53,026 nucleotides of DNA. Source: a bacterium. GTDB taxonomy: Bacteria; Patescibacteriota; Minisyncoccia; Minisyncoccales; DAOWIS01. The DNA lies in NCBI GenBank assembly GCA_030640805.1, contig DAOWIS010000015.1:1-53026 (forward strand), in the 5' to 3' direction. The position numbers and the translations under genes were made by a program. Below, piece after piece: positions 46,677-53,026 of the stretch (positions are counted from its first letter, which is position 1; every line of letters starts with the position of its first letter). The notes under the pieces were generated by a model that saw only the letters and a program-made list of their open reading frames with translations, was not told the DNA's origin and did not search any database.

Positions 46677-47912
46677 TCAATTGTTATCTTTTAGTAATAA
46701 CTCGTTGGCTTTTTCGGGATAAGCCATAATTTCTTCCACTATTTTTTCCAGATGTATTTCTCGAGAACCTTTAACTAAAATAAGGTCTTCTTTGTTTATC
46801 TTTTTCTGTAAAGTCAATCCGGCCTCTTTTAAATCTTCAAATTGAAAAATCTTTTCTTCGAGAAAACCTTTAATTTTTGCCTCATCAGCAATAAATTTTG
46901 CCCGGGGACCGATAACAAAAAGTAAATCAACAATTTTTGCTGCTTCTTCTCCCATATGACGATGAGCCTGTTCAGTATATTTTCCAATTCCAATTATATC
47001 TCCCAAAACAGCCACTTTTCTTTTTCCCTTTATTTCCTTCAAAACCTCAAGAGCAGTTAACATAGAAAAAGAAGAAGCATCATAACTATCATCAATAATT
47101 AAACTTTCTTTTATTCCTTTTATAAGTTTCATTCTGCCTGGCGGAGATTGATATTTTTCTAAACTTTGAGAAATTTCAATTAAATTAAGATCTAAAGTTA
47201 CTCCAACCGCGGTTGCCGCTAAAGCCGCATAAACTTGTGATTTGCCAAAAGTATTAAAAACTCGCACTGGAACTATATTTCCTTCAAAATCTATTTTAAA
47301 AGTAATTCCCTTTTGTTCTGGGTAATTTAAAATTTCATAATTTATGGCTCTTACTTCTGCCCCTCCTCCAAAGCCAAAGGTAATAATGTAAGCCTTGGCA
47401 TCACTTTTCATATCAAAAACAGTAGCATCATCATAATTTAAAATAGCGAAATCCTGAGAATGGAGAGATTTAAGAAGATTTATTTTTTCTTTAGCTTTCT
47501 TTTCTTCCCCAGCAAAAAACTCTCCTCGGGAAGGTATTTCTCCTATTGCCGTTACTAGGCCGATATGAAAAGGTATAAATTTAGTAAAGTATTTAATATT
47601 ACTTGGTGAAGCGTTCATTTCTAAAATTAAAACTTGAGGATGCTTTATTTTAATCAGAATTTTAAAGATACTTAAAAAAATTATTCCCAGCCAACTAAAA
47701 AAGTTTTTATTTTTATTACTTGTTCCTAAAATAGCCGAAAATATTGATTTTTTATCATTGGCTTGATTTCTTCGGACAGTAAATTTTGACTTTAAAACAG
47801 TATAAATTGCTTCTTTGGCACTGGTTTTTCCTATATCTCCAACAACCCCTATTATAATAGGTTTATATCGCCAAAGGATTAACTTAGATAAAAACTTTAG
47901 GAGAGAAAACAT
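46677..47912 (-). CDS. murF: UDP-MurNAc-tripeptide:D-Ala-D-Ala ligase MurF
   Basis: GDIGKTSAKE, LNYDD, GRM, IDDSYDAS, VLGD, LVKGSR. Confidence 0.88.
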   Translation of the reverse strand: MFSLLKFLSKLILWRYKPIIIGVVGDIGKTSAKEAIYTVLKSKFTVRRNQANDKKSIFSAILGTSNKNKNFFSWLGIIFLSIFKILIKIKHPQVLILEMNASPSNIKYFTKFIPFHIGLVTAIGEIPSRGEFFAGEEKKAKEKINLLKSLHSQDFAILNYDDATVFDMKSDAKAYIITFGFGGGAEVRAINYEILNYPEQKGITFKIDFEGNIVPVRVFNTFGKSQVYAALAATAVGVTLDLNLIEISQSLEKYQSPPGRMKLIKGIKESLIIDDSYDASSFSMLTALEVLKEIKGKRKVAVLGDIIGIGKYTEQAHRHMGEEAAKIVDLLFVIGPRAKFIADEAKIKGFLEEKIFQFEDLKEAGLTLQKKINKEDLILVKGSREIHLEKIVEEIMAYPEKANELLLKDNN

Positions 47913-47927
47913 AAATGTTTAATGTCT

Positions 47928-48019
47928 AATGTCCAATCAATGACCAATTCCTAAATGATTAAATTACTATTCCGTCATTTGATATTTAAGCATTCATTTG
48001 ACATTTGGATTTTGTCATT
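47928..48019. repeat. 92-bp direct repeat, copy A
   Basis: Identical to 50017-50108; related sequence near 31670-31773. Confidence 0.9.
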
Positions 48020-48028
48020 GGGATTTTG

Positions 48029-49681
48029 TCATTCGGCATTTACCGAGTGGTCTGGTGGTATTTCTAAATAATTAAAAAGATATTCGGCTACCCTTTTAAA
48101 TACCGGACCAAGGGAACCAGCGGCAAAACGAATCCCATGGGGAGAATCTAACTTAATAAAAATTAAAAATTTAGGATTGAAAGCCGGAGCAAATCCTAAA
48201 AAAGAATGCCAAACTTCATCTGAATAACCAATTTTATTTTCTCCTAAAGAAGTATAAGGAATCTGACTGGTTCCGGTTTTGCCAGCAATATGATAACCTG
48301 GAATTCGGGCTAATTTTCCAGATCCATTTTCCACCACTGAAACCATCATTGCAGTAATTCTTGAAGCGGTAGTTGGAGAAATAACTTCCTTGATTATTTG
48401 GGATTTGGTTTTTACTGAAACATTACCATTAATAAATTCATCTACCACATAAGGTTTTACCATCTTGCCTTGATTAGCAACAGCCGAAAAAGCAGTAACC
48501 AACCCGACTGGAGTAATACTTATCCCCTGACCAAATGAAGCCGTAGCATAATTAATATCTCTAAAAGTATTTAAATTATTGATATCTCCTTTTTCCTCTC
48601 CTACTAAATCAATTCCCACTTTCTCGGAAAAACCAAAATTTTTAAGATAGTCTAAAAAAATATCTTTCTCTATTTGATTTACGGCAAAAACAGCGCCAGT
48701 ATTTAATGATTTTTCAAGTACCTCGGTCATAGTTTGTTCCCCATATGATTTGCTGTCTACATTTCTAATAACTCGCCCCCCTACTCTTACTTGTCCCTCA
48801 TCTAAATAAGTAGTCTGAGGAGTAAGCTTTCCGGTCTCAAGAGCTACAGCCATAGTAATTGGTTTAAAAACCGAACCGGGTTCAAAAAGAGATTGAACTG
48901 ATTTGTTCATGAAGATTCTTTGATTTTCTACTTGGGAATATTGATTGAGGTCAAAATTAGGAAAATCAGCCATAACTTTGATTGCCCCAGTCGTAGGATC
49001 AGAAACAATAATTGTTCCTCCCTTGGCATCCCATTTCTCCACTAGCTCTTTTAGCTCTTTCTCGCAAATATATTGGAGATTATAATCGATAGTTAAAATT
49101 AAATCTTTTCCCTTTTTAGACCAATCCCCCTCTAACTCATCGTTATAAAATTCTTCAATTCCATATTGACCTGTTTGGCTTTGGCTATCATAACCAATAA
49201 ATCCTGACAAAGAGGCAGCTAAAGTGTTTTGGGGATAATAACGAAAATTATCCGGTTTTAAGCCGATTCCTTTTAATTTTAATTCTTTAATTTCTTTTCC
49301 TTTTTCTTCGGAAACTTTATTTTTAAGAGGTTGATAAGGGTCTTCAACTTTAGTAATTTTTTCCAATATTTCTTCTTGAGGGATTTCTAAAATAGAACTT
49401 AAAATTTGGGCTGTTTCTTCTGGATTTTCAATTTCTTTAGGAACTGCATAAACTATATTTCCTTCTTTATTTATGGCTAAAGGTTGAGATTTTTCTCCTT
49501 TTTCTTGAAAAAATATTTCTCCCCTCAAAGAAGAATTAGGTGAAAAAGAATTAATCTGTCCTTGAAAAAGAGCAGCGTAGAAATCATGATTTTTGACTTG
49601 AAGAAAAAACAAGCGACTTCCGATAGCCGCAGCAATTAAAATTATAATAAAAAACAAAAAATAAAATCTCCAAGCCCTCAT
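48029..49681 (-). CDS. ftsI: Class B penicillin-binding protein (FtsI/PBP3-like)
   Basis: RGEI, RYYP, EPGSVFK (SxxK), SLN, SFGQG, GKTGT; in mraZ-rsmH cluster. Confidence 0.88.
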   Translation of the reverse strand: MRAWRFYFLFFIIILIAAAIGSRLFFLQVKNHDFYAALFQGQINSFSPNSSLRGEIFFQEKGEKSQPLAINKEGNIVYAVPKEIENPEETAQILSSILEIPQEEILEKITKVEDPYQPLKNKVSEEKGKEIKELKLKGIGLKPDNFRYYPQNTLAASLSGFIGYDSQSQTGQYGIEEFYNDELEGDWSKKGKDLILTIDYNLQYICEKELKELVEKWDAKGGTIIVSDPTTGAIKVMADFPNFDLNQYSQVENQRIFMNKSVQSLFEPGSVFKPITMAVALETGKLTPQTTYLDEGQVRVGGRVIRNVDSKSYGEQTMTEVLEKSLNTGAVFAVNQIEKDIFLDYLKNFGFSEKVGIDLVGEEKGDINNLNTFRDINYATASFGQGISITPVGLVTAFSAVANQGKMVKPYVVDEFINGNVSVKTKSQIIKEVISPTTASRITAMMVSVVENGSGKLARIPGYHIAGKTGTSQIPYTSLGENKIGYSDEVWHSFLGFAPAFNPKFLIFIKLDSPHGIRFAAGSLGPVFKRVAEYLFNYLEIPPDHSVNAE

Positions 49682-49682
49682 G

Positions 49683-49985
49683 TTATTTTTCTACTAATGA
49701 TGGTTTACTTATTTCCAGATAATCTATCTTATCAATCTTTACCATATTTAAAAATTCACTAAGTTGAGTGATGTTTTCTAAAGATTGGAGAGTAGAAACA
49801 GTCATTCCCAGGTCCTTATTTCCTTTTTTGAGAGCCTCGATTCTTTCTTGATAATCTTCTAAAGAATAATTAGCGTTTACTTTATTATGAATTTTTAAAA
49901 TATAAATTCCCCCTAAGCTAATTATGGTAAGGATCAATAAAAAAGAAATAAAGATATTAATTAATTTGTAGGGGTTCTTAGCCAT
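49683..49985 (-). CDS. FtsL-like cell division protein
   Basis: One TM plus coiled coil, between rsmH and ftsI; ATG at 49985 preferred. Confidence 0.6.
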   Translation of the reverse strand: MAKNPYKLINIFISFLLILTIISLGGIYILKIHNKVNANYSLEDYQERIEALKKGNKDLGMTVSTLQSLENITQLSEFLNMVKIDKIDYLEISKPSLVEK

Positions 49986-50016
49986 AAGTAAGAAAAATGA
50001 CAAATGCCTAATGACC

Positions 50017-50108
50017 AATGTCCAATCAATGACCAATTCCTAAATGATTAAATTACTATTCCGTCATTTGATATTTAAGCATTCATTTGACATTTGGATT
50101 TTGTCATT
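50017..50108. repeat. 92-bp direct repeat, copy B
   Basis: Identical to 47928-48019. Confidence 0.9.
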
Positions 50109-50976
50109 AGGAATTTTTAAGGGCTGCTCTTAATTTTGCACTTCTGGCTCGAGGATTATTTCTGATTTCTTCTAAAGTAGGACGAATTGGCTTTTTGGTT
50201 AAAATTCTGACTAGTCCCTCTTTAGATTTATCTCTTAAAAAATTTTTAACTATTCTATCCTCTAAAGAATGAAAAGAAATAACTACTAATCTTCCTTTTG
50301 GTTCTAATACATTTATTGCTTGGGATAAAACTTTTTCTAAATTTTCTAATTCATTATTTACGGCAATTCTTAAGGCCTGAAAGGTTCTGGTAGCAAAATG
50401 GATCCGCTGGTGTAGATATCTTCTGGATATTGCTTTTTTAACAACCTCTATTAATCGAAAAGTAGTTTTAATAGGTCTTACTTTCCTTTCTTTAATTATT
50501 TCCCTGGCTATCCTTCTGGCAAATCTTTCTTCTCCATATTCTCTTAGGATTTTCTCAATTTCTTTTTCCAGCCAAGTATTAATAATCTCTTCTGCTGTGA
50601 AATTGTTTTTTCTGTATCTCATATCTAGGGATTCATCTCTTTGGAAAGAAAATCCCCTTCCGCTTTTTTCAAGATGCCAACTGGAAATGCCTAAATCAAG
50701 TAAAATTCCCTGAACCGGTCCAAAATTATATTTTTCAACAATAATTTTTAAATTTCTAAAATTGTCATTAACTAAAATTAATCTTTCTATCGATGCTAAA
50801 TTCTTAATAAGTTCTGAGTCCACCTCAATTCCTAAAACCTTGCCTTTTGGTCGGTTCTTCTCAAGGATGGCAGTTGCGTGACCGCCACTGCCGATTGTGC
50901 AATCAATAAAATTCTGATTTGCTTTTGGATTTAAATAATCTAAAACTTCTTTTTGAAGAACAGGAATGTGTTTCAT
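50107..50976 (-). CDS. rsmH: 16S rRNA m4C1402 methyltransferase
   Basis: HIPVL, DCTIGSGGH, DLGISS, RGFSF, ATRTFQALRI.VN.EL, SFHSLEDR, NPRARSAKLR; ATG at 50976. Confidence 0.96.
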   Translation of the reverse strand: MKHIPVLQKEVLDYLNPKANQNFIDCTIGSGGHATAILEKNRPKGKVLGIEVDSELIKNLASIERLILVNDNFRNLKIIVEKYNFGPVQGILLDLGISSWHLEKSGRGFSFQRDESLDMRYRKNNFTAEEIINTWLEKEIEKILREYGEERFARRIAREIIKERKVRPIKTTFRLIEVVKKAISRRYLHQRIHFATRTFQALRIAVNNELENLEKVLSQAINVLEPKGRLVVISFHSLEDRIVKNFLRDKSKEGLVRILTKKPIRPTLEEIRNNPRARSAKLRAALKNS

Positions 50977-50986
50977 TATTTCATTA

Positions 50987-51418
50987 TTAAATGCCGAGGT
51001 CTGATAGTCTTTCTGCCATATCACCAATTTCCTTCTCAGTTTTCTGTTTATAAACCTTCCAATTATCCTCACTCCAGATTTCAATATGATTGTAAAGACC
51101 AACAATTATTACTTTTTTCTTTAATTTGGCGTATTTTTTTAAATAATCCGGAACTAAAACTCTTCCTAAATTATCTAACTGGGCCTCCATTGCCCCGGCC
51201 AGCATTAATCTTACGAAGCCTCGAGCATCAGCTTTTCCTTGAGGAAGTTTTCCTAACTTCTCAGCTACTCTTTTCCATTCCGATGAGGGATAAAGAAAAA
51301 GACAGGTATCTAAGCCTCTAGTTATAATAGAGAATTTACCTAATTCTTTCCGGAATTTAGACGGAATAGATAATCTCTTTTTATTATCAATAGTATGAGA
51401 ATATTCACCGATAAACAT
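50987..51418 (-). CDS. mraZ: Transcriptional regulator MraZ
   Basis: MFIGEY.HTID.K.RL.IPSKFR, LD..GRVLVP, IEIWS. Confidence 0.96.
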   Translation of the reverse strand: MFIGEYSHTIDNKKRLSIPSKFRKELGKFSIITRGLDTCLFLYPSSEWKRVAEKLGKLPQGKADARGFVRLMLAGAMEAQLDNLGRVLVPDYLKKYAKLKKKVIIVGLYNHIEIWSEDNWKVYKQKTEKEIGDMAERLSDLGI

Positions 51419-51440
51419 AATTTAAAACATTTTTAAAGTT

Positions 51441-51490
51441 ATCCCCAAAGCATACAACTTATCCCCTAATTATCCACAATTTCCCACTTC
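51441..51490 (-). promoter_or_regulatory. Putative MraZ-binding direct repeats
   Basis: Minus strand GTGGGA/GTGGAT/AGGGGA/TGGGGA in about 10-nt phase upstream of mraZ. Confidence 0.6.
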
Positions 51491-51623
51491 ATCCTTATTA
51501 TAATCCACTAAAAACCTAAGTCAACCCAGAGTTTTCCACAACCCTCATTCCAATAATCCAATATAAAAAAACAGAGAACCGTTCTCTGTTTTTATCTAAC
51601 ATCTAAAATCTAACATCTATCAC

Positions 51624-52187
51624 CTAACTAAACTCCCCTTCTCCTTTTTTAAGAATACCTGCGGCATTGCCTTCATCAGTGTCTAAATGAACAGACATTT
51701 TGTAATCTTTAGATATTCTTACTTTTACCTTATTAAAAATTAATTTTCTATCTCCTTTTATTTTTAGAGAAACAAAATCTCCATTTTTTAACTCCAATTT
51801 TTTTCCTTCTTCTAAGGAAAGATGAAGATGCCGCCAAGGAACAATCACTCCTTCTAAAATCTCTATCTCTCCTTGAGGACCAATTAAGGTTATTCCTGGC
51901 GTTCCTTTTAAATCACCTGATGACCTCAAGGGAACTTCCATTCTTAAATTAATAGCGTCAGTGAAAGAAAGTTCTACCTGGGTCTGAGAACGAATTGGTC
52001 CTACTATCCGAACTTTAGAAATTTTTCTTTCATTCTTTTGAATGTCTAAAATTTCTTCAGCGGCAAACTGACCGGGCTGGCTAAGATCTCTTAACTTCTT
52101 TAATTGATAATTCTTGCCAAAAAGTTTTCCCAGGTCTTCCTGGGATAAATGAATGTGACGAGCAGAAATTTCAATAGGAACAAGCAT
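51624..52187 (-). CDS. pduL: Phosphate propanoyltransferase PduL
   Basis: SARHIHLS, LSQPGQFAA, RIVGP.R.QTQVE.S.TD, RHLH, HLDTDEGNA. Confidence 0.92.
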   Translation of the reverse strand: MLVPIEISARHIHLSQEDLGKLFGKNYQLKKLRDLSQPGQFAAEEILDIQKNERKISKVRIVGPIRSQTQVELSFTDAINLRMEVPLRSSGDLKGTPGITLIGPQGEIEILEGVIVPWRHLHLSLEEGKKLELKNGDFVSLKIKGDRKLIFNKVKVRISKDYKMSVHLDTDEGNAAGILKKGEGEFS

Positions 52188-52290
52188 AACAAAAAAAATT
52201 TAAATTCCCAATTTTAAATTTTAAATCAATTTTAAATGTCTAAATGATTAATTGAAAATTGGAAATTAGAAATTGAAAATTATTAAGTAT

Positions 52291-53026
52291 TTATAATTTC
52301 TTTCCTATGTATTCGGCGAATTCTGCCAATCGGCAGGCATAGCCCCATTCATTGTCATACCAAGCAAGGATTTTTATTAAATCATTTTCAACCATTGTAA
52401 AATCAGCATCAATAATAGCTGAATAAGAATTACCTTTATAATCCGCTGAAACCAAAGGAGCATCCTCCACTGTTAAAATTCCTTTTAACTCTTCTTTTTG
52501 AGAGGCCTCTCTAAATTTATTATTAACTTTCTTGGGGGTAGTTTTCTTTTTAACTTTAGCCACAAAATCAACAATGGAAACTGTTGGTGTAGGGACTCGC
52601 AAGGCAATACCATCTAATTTTCCTTTTAATTTCGGAATTACTTTAGTAGTAGCAACTACTGCTCCGGTGGTAGTGGGAATAATAGAAAGAGCCGCAGCCC
52701 TAGCTCTTCTTAAATCTTTATGAGGCAAATCTAAAATTTTCTGATCATTAGTATAACTGTGAATAGTGGTCATAAAACCATTCTTGATTTTAAAACTATC
52801 ATTCAAAACTTTTACTATTGGAGCCAGACAATTAGTGGTGCAAGAACCCATGTCCATAACTTCGTCTTTTTGGGAGTCAAACTTTTCTTCATTAACGCCT
52901 AAAACAAAACCTGGGATTTCTTTTGATTTGCCAGGAGCCGAAATTATCACTTTTTTAGCGCCGGCTTTAATGTGCTTCTTTGCATCTTTTAGTTGTCTAA
53001 AAAATCCTGTACACTCCAAAACGATA
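52291..53026 (-). CDS. gap: Type I glyceraldehyde-3-phosphate dehydrogenase (5' partial)
   Basis: ECTG, SCTTNCLAP, HSYTNDQ, RARAAA, RVPTPTVS, WYDNEWGY. Confidence 0.97.
   Translation of the reverse strand, partial: IVLECTGFFRQLKDAKKHIKAGAKKVIISAPGKSKEIPGFVLGVNEEKFDSQKDEVMDMGSCTTNCLAPIVKVLNDSFKIKNGFMTTIHSYTNDQKILDLPHKDLRRARAAALSIIPTTTGAVVATTKVIPKLKGKLDGIALRVPTPTVSIVDFVAKVKKKTTPKKVNNKFREASQKEELKGILTVEDAPLVSADYKGNSYSAIIDADFTMVENDLIKILAWYDNEWGYACRLAEFAEYIGKKL

Noticed and set aside
51470..51478. DnaA box TTATCCACA suggesting oriC
   Set aside because: One perfect box plus one near match (51532-51540), embedded in the mraZ upstream repeats; no dnaA or box cluster
2325..52723. Numerous 60-120 aa antisense or overlapping ORFs in the track
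   Set aside because: They are shadows of well-supported genes with no motifs or independent expression signals

Overview
AT-rich bacterial chromosome segment, mostly minus-strand housekeeping genes: hrcA-grpE-dnaK-dnaJ with a CIRCE operator, gltX, aspS, scattered peptidoglycan/division genes (murG, ftsW, murD, mraY, murC, murF, ftsI, rsmH, mraZ), dnaB-recR, AmmeMemoRadiSam genes, three intact tRNAs and two tRNA remnants. Gene content and repeat style suggest a Patescibacteria/Parcubacteria (CPR) genome (inference). The main discovery is at 26054-27848: a TIGR-Tas-like RNA-guided locus. A 389-aa Nop/IS110-Tnp-fold protein with an apparently inactivated N-terminal HNH module is embedded among eight dual-spacer units (sixteen unique 9-nt spacers between alternating loop and edge repeats). 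These form two transcription units, each with its own promoter, closing inverted repeat and terminator, next to a hicBA pair. Other notable items: two unrelated ORFs sharing homologous promoter/leader and terminator modules inverted around dnaB-recR; a boxA-like motif in accessory-gene leaders; an internally deleted murL fused to murD; many small palindromes inserted in frame into essential genes; and single-base lesions in dnaK and ftsW that may be sequencing errors. All calls are by eye from motifs; no database searches were run.
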